Positions 18,789-27,191 of a stretch of DNA of 64,000 nt are shown here, in pieces (the stretch's first letter is position 1; the number at the start of each line of letters is the position of its first letter). Source of the stretch: Verrucomicrobiaceae bacterium (GTDB lineage Bacteria; Verrucomicrobiota; Verrucomicrobiia; Verrucomicrobiales; Akkermansiaceae). The DNA lies in the NCBI GenBank assembly GCA_051252135.1, contig JBPOGH010000006.1, positions 160,001 through 224,000 on the forward strand, given 5' to 3'. Made by a program: the position numbers and the translations under genes. The notes beneath the pieces are model-generated. The model did no database searches, was not told the origin of the DNA, and saw only the letters and a program-made list of their open reading frames with translations.

Positions 18789-19868
18789 TTAGGAGCGGAG
18801 GTGGTTGATGGCGGGGAGGATGGCGTCGGTGGGGACGGTGTCGCAGGTGATGCCGTGGCCGAGTTTGTCGAGGAGGACGAAGGTCTTTTTGCCGCCGGAG
18901 AATTTTTTGTCGCGGGCGAGTTTTTCGAGGACGACCTCCGAGGAGATGTCGGATGGCAGTTCGAGGGGGAGCTGGAAGTGCTTGAGGAGGGCGAGGATGC
19001 GGTCGCTTTCGGCCCGGGTGAGTCCGGCGTGGTCCTCGGAAAGTTGGAGCGCGGCGCGGATGCCGAGGGAGATGGCTTCGCCATGGAGGAGGGTGCCGTA
19101 GGGGACGGAGGCCTCAATGCCGTGGCCGATGGTGTGGCCGAAGTTGAGGAGAGCGCGGGTGCCGGAGGTTTCCTTTTCGTCTTCCTCGACGACGCGGGCT
19201 TTGATGGCGACGTTGCGCGCGATGAGCTCGGCAGGGACGTGTTGGTTGAGGGGATCGAGGGCTTCGAGGTCGGCGAGCATGTCGGCATCGCGGATGGCGG
19301 CGTGCTTGATGACTTCGGCGAAGCCTTCGCGGAACTCACGGGGCTCGAGGGTGAGGAGGGTGTCGGGGTCGGTGAGGACGAGGCGGGGTTGGTGGAAGGC
19401 GCCGATGAGGTTTTTGCCTTCGGGTGAGTTGACTCCGGTTTTTCCGCCGACGGCGGAGTCGACTTGAGCGACGATGGTGGTGGGGATTTGGACGAAGGGG
19501 ATGCCGCGGTAGAAGATGGCGGCAACGAAGCCTGCGAGGTCGCCGGTGACGCCACCGCCGAGGGCGACGACGAAGGATGAGCGGTCGTGCTTGGCGCGGG
19601 TGAGTTCATTGCAGAGCTCGCCGGTTTGAGCCATGGATTTGGAGGCTTCGCCGGCGGGGAAGATGTGGGTGGTGACCTCGTATCCGGATGCGGCCATGGA
19701 GGCGGCGACATTTTCGAGGTAGTGGGGGGCGACGTTGGAATCGGTGATGATGGCGGCGCGGCCTTTGAGACCGGCGGCTTTGATTCGTTCGCCGGCTTCG
19801 GCGATGATGCCGGGGGCGAGGAGGATGTCGTAGGAGCGGTTGCCGAGATCGACGTGGACTTGGTTCAT
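18789..19868 (-). CDS. aroB: 3-dehydroquinate synthase
   Basis: ALGGGVTGDLAGF, DSAVGGKTGVN, LLNFGHTIGHGIE and LHGEAI motifs. Confidence 0.96.
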   Translation of the reverse strand: MNQVHVDLGNRSYDILLAPGIIAEAGERIKAAGLKGRAAIITDSNVAPHYLENVAASMAASGYEVTTHIFPAGEASKSMAQTGELCNELTRAKHDRSSFVVALGGGVTGDLAGFVAAIFYRGIPFVQIPTTIVAQVDSAVGGKTGVNSPEGKNLIGAFHQPRLVLTDPDTLLTLEPREFREGFAEVIKHAAIRDADMLADLEALDPLNQHVPAELIARNVAIKARVVEEDEKETSGTRALLNFGHTIGHGIEASVPYGTLLHGEAISLGIRAALQLSEDHAGLTRAESDRILALLKHFQLPLELPSDISSEVVLEKLARDKKFSGGKKTFVLLDKLGHGITCDTVPTDAILPAINHLRS

Positions 19869-20464
19869 GAGTGACGTAGGCGATGCCAGGTTGAGGTGTC
19901 AGGACGGAGGAGGATATCGAGGGATGATTCCGCGAGATCGAATTCCGCGATAAGGTGCTTGAGAAGGGCGAGGGAGGCAAGCGCATCGTAGAGTGCGTCG
20001 TGCCAATCGCGCTCGGGTGCGTGGTGGGCGAAATCGGTGAGGCCGAGGGCGGTGCAGAGATCGCCAAGGGAGTGGGAGGGTTGATCGGGCCAGGCGGCGC
20101 GGGCGAGCTGGAGGGTGTCGATCCAGGGGCCGAAGCGGTGACCGGGGAAGGCGCGGAGGAAGCGTTTTTCGGTGCCGTGTCCGTGGGCGACGATGGGGCC
20201 TTGGCCGAGGCGTTGTTTCAGGAGGGGCCAGAGGGTGAGAAGCGGGGGGGCGTCGAGGAGGTCATCGGTGGTGATGCCGTGGACTTTTTGGGCTGACCAA
20301 GTGATGTCCTGATCGCACTGGAGGAAGGAGACGTAGGGATCGTGAATGTCGTCGGTGTGGGACCAGCTTCCCAAGCCGATTTGGACGGGTGCGTCGGTGC
20401 GTCCTTTGGCGGTGCCGGCAGACTCGAAGTCGATGGCGGTGAAGATGGATTGGGAGATTTTGAT
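19865..20464 (-). CDS. DEDDh 3'-5' exonuclease (DnaQ-like), apparent non-canonical start
   Basis: Frame continues upstream of the tracked TTG as I-K-I-S-Q-S-I-F-T-A-I-D-F-E-S-A-G (ExoI motif); VHGIT, IVAHG, WIDTL and HDALYDA follow; only ATC/ATT codons lie ahead of the ExoI motif. Confidence 0.8.
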   Translation of the reverse strand: MKISQSIFTAIDFESAGTAKGRTDAPVQIGLGSWSHTDDIHDPYVSFLQCDQDITWSAQKVHGITTDDLLDAPPLLTLWPLLKQRLGQGPIVAHGHGTEKRFLRAFPGHRFGPWIDTLQLARAAWPDQPSHSLGDLCTALGLTDFAHHAPERDWHDALYDALASLALLKHLIAEFDLAESSLDILLRPDTSTWHRLRHS

Positions 20465-20468
20465 GGAA

Positions 20469-20864
20469 TTAGAACCAATTGGTTAATTTGAGTTTCGGGA
20501 CACGGCGGAATTCATCGGTGTTTCCGGTGATGAGTTTGAGATTATTGGCAAGAGCTGTTCCGGCGATGAGGTAGTCGATTGATCCGATGGGGGTGCCTTT
20601 TTGTTCCAGAAGGGCACGGGTTTGGGCGGCCATTTCAGCTTCGGCGGTCTCGAAGGGGATGATCCTAAGGTAGGAGAGAAGGGTGTCGAGTTGTTGCTCT
20701 TTTCTTACTCGATTGTCGGCAGACTTGTGGATGCCAATGCGGAGTTCGTAGTAGGTCGGGATGGCGATGGCGAGTTGGTCGGGAGCGTGGGCTTTGAGCT
20801 TTTTGACCACGTCGGGATTACGGCGCAGAATGGCGATGCAGGTGTCGGAATCGAGGAGATACAT
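20469..20864 (-). CDS. vapC: Type II TA toxin, PIN-domain VapC
   Basis: MYLLDSDTCI, YYELRIG, GTPIGSIDYLIAGTAL and TGNTDEFRRV motifs. Confidence 0.93.
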   Translation of the reverse strand: MYLLDSDTCIAILRRNPDVVKKLKAHAPDQLAIAIPTYYELRIGIHKSADNRVRKEQQLDTLLSYLRIIPFETAEAEMAAQTRALLEQKGTPIGSIDYLIAGTALANNLKLITGNTDEFRRVPKLKLTNWF

Positions 20865-20869
20865 GGAGA

Positions 20870-21100
20870 TTACCAAGCGATGTTCCGGTCGTCCTTTGGG
20901 CGGGCGGGGAGTTCCCAGTCTTGATTGGGGTCGCCGCCGAACAGCTCATCGAAGTTTTCAGGCCACCCTGAGGTTTCCGGGAGAAGGACGATGGAGTTGC
21001 CTCGATTTTCAATCCGGATGCGCCCCACGGGGAGGTCGAATCCTTTTGGGAGTCGCACGGCCAGGGAGTTCCCGGATTTGAAGACGGTGGTCGTTTTCAC
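20870..21100 (-). CDS. vapB: Type II TA antitoxin VapB (AbrB/MazE-type DNA-binding domain)
   Basis: KTTTVFKSGNSLAVRLPKGF; directly upstream of vapC; GTG start at 21100 supported by promoter geometry. Confidence 0.9.
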   Translation of the reverse strand: MKTTTVFKSGNSLAVRLPKGFDLPVGRIRIENRGNSIVLLPETSGWPENFDELFGGDPNQDWELPARPKDDRNIAW

Positions 21101-21106
21101 AGAAGT

Positions 21107-21135
21107 AGTGTATACCAATTATGAGATATACGCAA
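21107..21135 (-). promoter_or_regulatory. vapBC promoter (leaderless geometry) with overlapping inverted repeat
   Basis: TTGCGT-17-TACACT-6-GTG; GTATA-N12-TATAC inverted repeat at 21110-21131 as candidate VapB operator. Confidence 0.65.
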
Positions 21136-21222
21136 GATTGGCGTTTAGCGTCGCATAGGGGTGGGCCAAGGAGTGGGAATTGGTCGTTCTTATGCTGGAG
21201 AGTAGGTGAAGATTGTTGAATG

Positions 21223-21663
21223 CTATGGGGTCTTTTTGGCTACCTCAATCTCGTAGATGTATTTGCGATACATTTTGGACGCTCTTTCGAAATCGCCAGA
21301 ATGGTGAAGAGAATCGGCCAAGCACCGCAGGGTCCGGAGGTGGTAAGGATTCTTGTCCGTTCTTGTTGAAGGATACTTCGTATAGCATTTCTCAAAAAAA
21401 CGGGCGGCTTGATCCCATTTCTTTTGTCTGAACGCGCAAATGCCACGATAGTAACAAATGGGTCCCCAAATTGAGGGTTTTAAGTTCCCAGGAGTGGCCC
21501 GAAACTCGCTCAGGGTCGCTAGTTTTTCTTCGGCCTTAGCCCACTCTTCCGTTTTCATCAATTTCACAGCCTCATCAAGTAAGGCCGTTCGGTATGCTCC
21601 TAGTTCCGCACAAGCTGGATAGGTGGCCAAAAGGCCGAAGGTGAGAAGCAATAACAGCCGCAT
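21223..21663 (-). CDS. Exported TPR-like repeat protein
   Basis: Signal peptide; YYRGICAFRQKKWDQAARFFEK and LADSLHHSGDFERASKMY TPR patterns. Confidence 0.7.
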   Translation of the reverse strand: MRLLLLLTFGLLATYPACAELGAYRTALLDEAVKLMKTEEWAKAEEKLATLSEFRATPGNLKPSIWGPICYYRGICAFRQKKWDQAARFFEKCYTKYPSTRTDKNPYHLRTLRCLADSLHHSGDFERASKMYRKYIYEIEVAKKTP

Positions 21664-21700
21664 AGACTTTACAACGTTTGAGCAAGCGGAGACTTAGATG

Positions 21701-23086
21701 TTAGCGCTTTTTTCCGGTTTCAAACTGCTTGCGCCAGTGGTCGAGGCGTTCGCTGATGCGTTTTTCCATGCCGTTGGAAGTGGGGTGGTAGTAGGTACGG
21801 CCTTCGGGGAGGTAGGCTTGGGGGGTGAAGTTGCCGTCGTAGTCGTGCGAGTAGAGATACTGCATGGCAGCGCGGGCGGCTTCCTTGTCCTTTTGGCCTC
21901 CGGCATTTTCGGCTGATTCTTCGTTGAGTTGTTTGCGGAAGCGGGTGCGAAGGTGGACGGGGACGGAGAGGGTGGCGCCGTTTTGGACGTCTTCCATGGC
22001 AGCGCCGAGTGCTTTGTAGGAGGCGTTTGACTTGGGGGCGGTGGCGAGGTGGACGGTGGCGTGGGCGAGGGGGATGCGGCCTTCGGGCATGCCGACGAAT
22101 TCGAAGGCCTGTTGGGCGGCGATGGCGACCTGGAGGGCGGAGGAGTCGGCGAGGCCGATGTCCTCGGAAGCAGAGATGACGAGTCGGCGGGCGATGAAGC
22201 GGGGGTCTTCGCCGGCGTGGAGCATTTTGGCGAGCCAGTAGAGGGCGGCGTCGGGATCAGAGCCGCGGATGGACTTGATGAAGGCGGAGATGGTGTCGTA
22301 GTGCTGGTCGCCATCGGCATCGTAAAGGATGGCCTTTTGCTGAATGGATTCCTCGGCGATGGCGAGATCGAGGATGACGCTGCCATCGTCTGCCGGGGTG
22401 GTGAGGATGGCGAGCTCGAGAGCGGTGAGGGCTTTGCGGGCGTCGCCATCGGCTTTCTCGGCGATGTGGCGGAGGGCTTCGGGGTCGGCTTTGATGTCGA
22501 GCTTTCCGAAGCCGCGGTCGGGATCGGCGAGGGCGCGTTCGAGGAGCTTGAGGAGTTCTTCGAGGGGGACGGGCTCGAGCTGGAAGACCTGGGAGCGCGA
22601 GACAAGGGGGGAGTTGATGTAGAAATAGGGATTGTGGGTGGTGGCTCCGATGAAGCGGACGGTGCCGCGCTCGAGGTGGGGGAGGAGGGTGTCCTGTTGG
22701 GCTTTGTTGAAGCGGTGGATCTCGTCGATGAAGAGGATGGTGGTCTGATCGCGGAGCTTGGAGTAGGTGCGGGCGGCTTCGATCTTGGCTCGGATTTCGG
22801 CGACGTTGGATTCGACGCCGTTGAGGGACTCGAAGCGGGAGCCGGTGGTGCGGGCGATGACGCTGGCGAGGGTGGTTTTCCCGGTGCCCGGGGGGCCGTA
22901 GAAGATGAGGGAAGTGAAGCGGTCGGCCTCGATGGCGCGGCGGAGGAGTTTGCCCTCGGCGAGGATATGGCGTTGGCCGGCGATTTCTTCGAGGGAGATG
23001 GGCCGCATGCGGGCGGCGAGGGGAGCCTTTGGGTCGTAGGCAGGCGTTTGGGACGGTGTTTCTTCCGGGGTGAAGAGGGAGTCCAT
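21701..23086 (-). CDS. rarA: Replication-associated recombination protein A (MgsA/RarA)
   Basis: [44 protein letters not shown] and ASEDIGLAD motifs. Confidence 0.96.
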   Translation of the reverse strand: MDSLFTPEETPSQTPAYDPKAPLAARMRPISLEEIAGQRHILAEGKLLRRAIEADRFTSLIFYGPPGTGKTTLASVIARTTGSRFESLNGVESNVAEIRAKIEAARTYSKLRDQTTILFIDEIHRFNKAQQDTLLPHLERGTVRFIGATTHNPYFYINSPLVSRSQVFQLEPVPLEELLKLLERALADPDRGFGKLDIKADPEALRHIAEKADGDARKALTALELAILTTPADDGSVILDLAIAEESIQQKAILYDADGDQHYDTISAFIKSIRGSDPDAALYWLAKMLHAGEDPRFIARRLVISASEDIGLADSSALQVAIAAQQAFEFVGMPEGRIPLAHATVHLATAPKSNASYKALGAAMEDVQNGATLSVPVHLRTRFRKQLNEESAENAGGQKDKEAARAAMQYLYSHDYDGNFTPQAYLPEGRTYYHPTSNGMEKRISERLDHWRKQFETGKKR

Positions 23087-23113
23087 ATGGGTGATTTAAG
23101 GGTGATGATGGGC

Positions 23114-23142
23114 TTGTGACCACGAATTTTTCCCGATAGCTT
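23114..23142 (+). promoter_or_regulatory. Putative sigma70 promoter for can, leaderless geometry
   Basis: TTGTGA-17-TAGCTT-7-ATG (23150); no Shine-Dalgarno. Confidence 0.55.
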
Positions 23143-23149
23143 CGGGTGC

Positions 23150-23743
23150 ATGAAGACATTGGCATCACTTTTTGAGAGCAATGAGCGTTGGGCGAAGAGC
23201 GTTGAGGAAAACGATCCGACTTTTTTTCAGAGTTTGGCTGAGCAGCAGACACCGAAGTATTTGTGGATTGGGTGCTCGGACAGTCGGGTGCCGGCAAATC
23301 AGATCACGGGACTGCGTCCGGGTGAGGTCTTTGTGCACCGGAATGTGGCCAATGTGGTGGGTCAGACGGATTTTAACCTCCTCTCAGTGGTGCAGTATGC
23401 GGTGGAAGTGCTGAAAGTGGAGCACGTGATTGTGTGCGGGCATTATGGATGCGGCGGAGTGGCGGCATCGGTCGATGGGCAGCGGCACGGATTGATCGAT
23501 AACTGGATCAAAGGGATTGGGGCGGTGGCGGCGGCCCATGAGGACGAATTGTCGGCATTGGATGATGCAGAGCGACTGGATCGTCTTTGTGAACTGAATG
23601 TGCAACAGCAAGCGAGGAATTTGAGCCGGACGACGATTCTTGAGGATGCGTGGGCGCGTGGGCAGAAGATTGATATTCATAGTTGGATCTACCGTCTCAA
23701 CGACGGTCGGCTGCGTTCCCTGACGGATCCGATCACAGCTTGA
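23150..23743 (+). CDS. can: Beta-class carbonic anhydrase
   Basis: WIGCSDSRVP, FVHRNVAN and CGHYGCGG motifs. Confidence 0.95.
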   Translation: MKTLASLFESNERWAKSVEENDPTFFQSLAEQQTPKYLWIGCSDSRVPANQITGLRPGEVFVHRNVANVVGQTDFNLLSVVQYAVEVLKVEHVIVCGHYGCGGVAASVDGQRHGLIDNWIKGIGAVAAAHEDELSALDDAERLDRLCELNVQQQARNLSRTTILEDAWARGQKIDIHSWIYRLNDGRLRSLTDPITA

Positions 23744-23751
23744 GGTGAGTC

Positions 23752-23781
23752 TTGCCAAAAGGAAGGTGGCTGGCTGATACT
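23752..23781 (+). promoter_or_regulatory. Putative sigma70 promoter for purEK, leaderless geometry
   Basis: TTGCCA-18-GATACT-6-GTG (23788). Confidence 0.5.
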
Positions 23782-23787
23782 CGATCT

Positions 23788-24291
23788 GTGAGCGATACAA
23801 AGCAGCCCTTGGTTGGCGTGGTGATGGGAAGTGATTCCGATTGGCCGACGATGGAGAAAGCCGTAGAGGTTCTGGAGCAATTTGGAGTGCCGTATGAGGC
23901 GAAGGTGGTGAGTGCGCACCGGACACCGGAGTTGCTGGTGGATTACTCCAAGTCGGCGAGGGATCGCGGGTTGAAGGTGATCATTGCGGGAGCGGGGGGA
24001 GCGGCGCACTTGCCGGGGATGGTGGCTGCGATGACGACGCTTCCTGTTTTGGGGGTTCCGGTACAATCCCGGGCGTTGAGCGGGATGGATTCGTTGCTTT
24101 CCATTGTGCAGATGCCGAAGGGGATTCCGGTGGCGACTTTTGCGATCGGCGAAGCCGGAGCGGGGAATGCGGGGCTTTCGGCGGTGTCGATATTGGCAAC
24201 GGCGGATGACGGACTTGCGGAGCAGTTGCAGCAGTTCCGCGATGACCAGCGTGACACGGTGCTTTCGAAAACACTTCCGCCTCAAGCATAA
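23788..24291 (+). CDS. purE: N5-CAIR mutase
   Basis: [23 protein letters not shown] and [12 protein letters not shown] motifs. Confidence 0.97.
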   Translation: MSDTKQPLVGVVMGSDSDWPTMEKAVEVLEQFGVPYEAKVVSAHRTPELLVDYSKSARDRGLKVIIAGAGGAAHLPGMVAAMTTLPVLGVPVQSRALSGMDSLLSIVQMPKGIPVATFAIGEAGAGNAGLSAVSILATADDGLAEQLQQFRDDQRDTVLSKTLPPQA

Positions 24292-24297
24292 GAGATC

Positions 24298-25437
24298 ATG
24301 GTTTTACCCGGAGGAACGCTCGGAATTCTTGGTGGTGGGCAGCTCGCGCGGATGCTGTGTCTTGATGCGCGGAGGATGGGCTATCGCACGGTGGTGTGGA
24401 GTGGAACGCCGACGGCGGAGCCGACGGAGGGGGTGGCGGATGTGTTGATCAAGAAGGGTTTTGATGATACGGGCGCGTTGGCGGAATTCGCCTCGCAGGT
24501 GGATGTGGCGACGGTGGAGTTTGAAAATATTCCGTTGGAGACGTTGCGCGGGGTGGAAGAGAAGGTGGCACTTTATCCTTCTTCCGAGAGTATCGGGACG
24601 AGTCAGCACCGTTCACGGGAGAAGGCTTTTTTACGGGAGCATGACATTCCGTGTGCGCCTTTTGCGCTGGTGAATTCGCTGGCTGATTTGGAGTCGGCTT
24701 ATGCGGAAGTGGGTCCGGTGGGGGTGTTGAAGACGGCGGCTTTTGGGTACGATGGGAAGGGCCAGGTGAAGCTGGGTTCTGCGGATGAGCTTGAAGAGGC
24801 CTGGGCCGGTGTGGAGGAGCAGCCATCGGTGCTGGAGGGGTTTGTGGATTTTGAGTGTGAGATTTCAGTGTTGGTGGCGCGGGGAGCGGCAGGTGAGTGT
24901 GTGTCTTTTCCACCGGTGGAAAATCAGCATCGGCACCATGTGCTGGACTTTACGATTGCTCCGGCGCGGGTGAGCGGTGAGGTGCTGGCGGAGGCGCGGG
25001 CGATTGCGGAGAGGCTGGTGGGCGAACTGGATTACCGGGGGTTGCTGGCGGTGGAGTTTTTTGTGGAGAAGAGCGGGCGGGTGCTGGTGAATGAGATGGC
25101 GCCAAGGCCTCATAACTCGGGTCACTTTTCGATGAACGGCTGTGTGACTTCGCAATTTGAGCAGCAGTTGCGGGCGGTGTGCGGGTTACCGCTGGGGTCG
25201 ACCGAGCTCCTGAGTCCGACGGTGATGGTGAATCTGTTAGGAGATATGTGGCGGGGGGATCCCCGGGAGCTGGACACGGCTGCGATCATTTCGACGGAAG
25301 GGGCGAAACTGCACCTTTACGGGAAGAGCGAACCGGGCGAACGGCGGAAGCTGGGCCACGTGAATGTGGTGGGCGGGGAGGATGTGCTGGCGCGGGCCGA
25401 GGGGTTGAAGGACCGGTTGCTGGGCCAGCAACTATAG
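24298..25437 (+). CDS. purK: N5-CAIR synthase
   Basis: GILGGGQLARM, EFEN, GYDGKGQ, NEMAPRPHNSGH and RKLGHV motifs. Confidence 0.96.
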   Translation: MVLPGGTLGILGGGQLARMLCLDARRMGYRTVVWSGTPTAEPTEGVADVLIKKGFDDTGALAEFASQVDVATVEFENIPLETLRGVEEKVALYPSSESIGTSQHRSREKAFLREHDIPCAPFALVNSLADLESAYAEVGPVGVLKTAAFGYDGKGQVKLGSADELEEAWAGVEEQPSVLEGFVDFECEISVLVARGAAGECVSFPPVENQHRHHVLDFTIAPARVSGEVLAEARAIAERLVGELDYRGLLAVEFFVEKSGRVLVNEMAPRPHNSGHFSMNGCVTSQFEQQLRAVCGLPLGSTELLSPTVMVNLLGDMWRGDPRELDTAAIISTEGAKLHLYGKSEPGERRKLGHVNVVGGEDVLARAEGLKDRLLGQQL

Positions 25438-26874
25438 GTCGATGACGAAGCCGGACCTGCTGCTGACGGCTTCCGCTTCATCGACGTGAATCCAGCGGAT
25501 GCCGTAGTGGCGACCCCAGGAGTCACTGACGGCGATCTCGTTGGTCAGCTCATTGTAGCCGATGATCATGCAGATGTGGTAGTTCCCTTTGTCCTGAAGG
25601 TTGGGGATGTTGGCTTCTGCTTGAGCTGAGATTTCTGAGGCGTATTTGGACCAGTCGGTGATTTTTGTGCGGACCTTGGTGCGCATGTTGGCGGTGGAGT
25701 TGTAGAGCGGGAGGCTGCACATTTGCCAGAGGACGGGGACGCCTTTATCGATGTATTTTTTGAGCTTCTTGGGCTCGAGTGAGGGGAGGTCGATCTCGCG
25801 CGCGGTGCGGCCGCCTTTGCTGCGAGTGGTGAAGGCGACTTCATCGTAGAGCTTTCCGGTGTAGGTTCCGCCGCCGGGGGAGGTGGCAAGAGTGGCGAGG
25901 AGATACATGTCGGCTTCGACCCCGGCGTGGCGCATGGCGCGCTCAAAGGTGGCCGGGGCGCAGTATCCCTTGGGGCCTTGGTCGACCATGGGGATGTTGT
26001 CGACGTAGACATCGCCATTGTCTTTTTGAACGACGTTGTTTTTGAGCCGGATACGCATATCGCCATCGCTGATACGGTCGGCGCGGCCTTTGTCGTCGGC
26101 GAAGTCGGTGGTGACGATGCGGAGGCCGACGTATTCGTCTTTGGCGTGGGTGAGGAGGAAGGCGTGGCCGTTCCAATCCCAGCGTTCGACTTTGACGGTT
26201 TTGCTTCCCTGTCCGGCGAAGCGTTGGAATTCGCCTTTTCCCAAGACTTTGGTGAGGGCTTCGGAGATCATTTTGGTGTCATATTGCATGGCGCCCTCAA
26301 GGGTGGAGCGGTCGACGGTTTCTCCGTTATCGGTAAAATGATCCTCGCCGCTGCCGACGGTGCTAAGGGAGTCGCCCTTGTTGGAGTAGATGAGGGAGAA
26401 GGATTCGGTGCGTCCTTTGTCATCGCCGTAGGCGACGACGGTGTAGGGGTGGGCACCGGCGAACATGTAATCGGGGCGGGTGTAGAGGCGGTAGCTGCTG
26501 GTGAAGGGGGTTTTGGATTCGGCTGGCCATTTGAGGCGGGTGGCGACATCGGAGGCTTGTTCGTTCCAGAGTCTACCGGGTTTGGCGAAGAGGGGGACGC
26601 CGAGGGCTTTGTTGAGAGGCTCCATGGTCTGATCGAGCATGGCGTTGTATTTTCCCCAGGTGCTTGTGACGAGATGGCGTGATTCCGGGGAAAGGACGGC
26701 GAGGGGGGTGGGGAATTCCCGGCCGTCGGAGCGGCGGAGCAGGGCGGTGCCGTTTTCGAGATTGATGAGGTGGACCTTCAATTGTTCTCCGGAGTCACTT
26801 TGGAGAAGGAGGGGCTTATCTGCCAGGGCAGAGGAGCCGATCAAGAGAGTGAGGAGGAGGGTTGAAAGTTTCAT
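25432..26874 (-). CDS. Exported protein with an SHD1-like N-terminal module and a C-terminal C39-like (papain-fold) cysteine peptidase domain
   Basis: Signal peptide from ATG 26874; LRRSDGREFPTPLAVLS; QGPKGYCAP (Gln/Cys), HICMIIGY (His), VSDSWG (Asp). Confidence 0.7.
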   Translation of the reverse strand: MKLSTLLLTLLIGSSALADKPLLLQSDSGEQLKVHLINLENGTALLRRSDGREFPTPLAVLSPESRHLVTSTWGKYNAMLDQTMEPLNKALGVPLFAKPGRLWNEQASDVATRLKWPAESKTPFTSSYRLYTRPDYMFAGAHPYTVVAYGDDKGRTESFSLIYSNKGDSLSTVGSGEDHFTDNGETVDRSTLEGAMQYDTKMISEALTKVLGKGEFQRFAGQGSKTVKVERWDWNGHAFLLTHAKDEYVGLRIVTTDFADDKGRADRISDGDMRIRLKNNVVQKDNGDVYVDNIPMVDQGPKGYCAPATFERAMRHAGVEADMYLLATLATSPGGGTYTGKLYDEVAFTTRSKGGRTAREIDLPSLEPKKLKKYIDKGVPVLWQMCSLPLYNSTANMRTKVRTKITDWSKYASEISAQAEANIPNLQDKGNYHICMIIGYNELTNEIAVSDSWGRHYGIRWIHVDEAEAVSSRSGFVIDL

Positions 26875-27050
26875 CGGGGAGAGCGGGAAGGAATCAAGGG
26901 AAGGAGCGAAAGGCGATGACGGATTTGTTGATTTTTTGTAGCGGGAGGGCGGGTTCTGGGGAGTTGGCAGCGTTCTTTGAGGTTGCCGGAATCTGAATTG
27001 TCCGTTTTGGTGAAAATAGCTTGATGAATCATCTGGAAATATAAGGATTA

Positions 27051-27156
27051 CGGACCATCGGGATGACGTTTGAATGGACGGCATCCCGAACGTGATGGTC
27101 CGGAGGAACAATTCTGTTCGGTCCAAGAGTCGAACTCTTTGGTGGATTGATTCACC
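27051..27156 (+). promoter_or_regulatory. Multi-hairpin structured leader upstream of the symporter operon
   Basis: CGGACCATC/GATGGTCCG, GGGATG/CATCCC and CGTTT/GGACG nested stem, then GAACA/TGTTC, AAGAGT/ACTCTT and GGTGGAT/ATTCACC. Confidence 0.4.
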
Positions 27157-27191
27157 GTTGAATTCGAATTTGATTTGAACCCAATATTCTG

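Noticed and set aside
18080..23297. Long Ser/Pro/Thr-rich or Arg/Pro-rich same-strand ORFs (18080..19711, 21694..23181, 22257..23297)
   Set aside because: Alternative frames of aroB, the MBL gene and rarA caused by C-rich codon usage
26875..27126. Upstream extensions in the ORF track (also 10503, 12227, 29922, 33640, 40445, 44757, 55428)
   Set aside because: Extensions overlap neighbouring genes or promoters; downstream ATGs give proper signal peptides or family N-termini
27127..27146. GAGTCGAAC and TGGTGGA words shared with the tmRNA 3' end, as a possible att site of the island
   Set aside because: The two words occur in the opposite order to the tmRNA and only 9 bp match; not a convincing direct repeat
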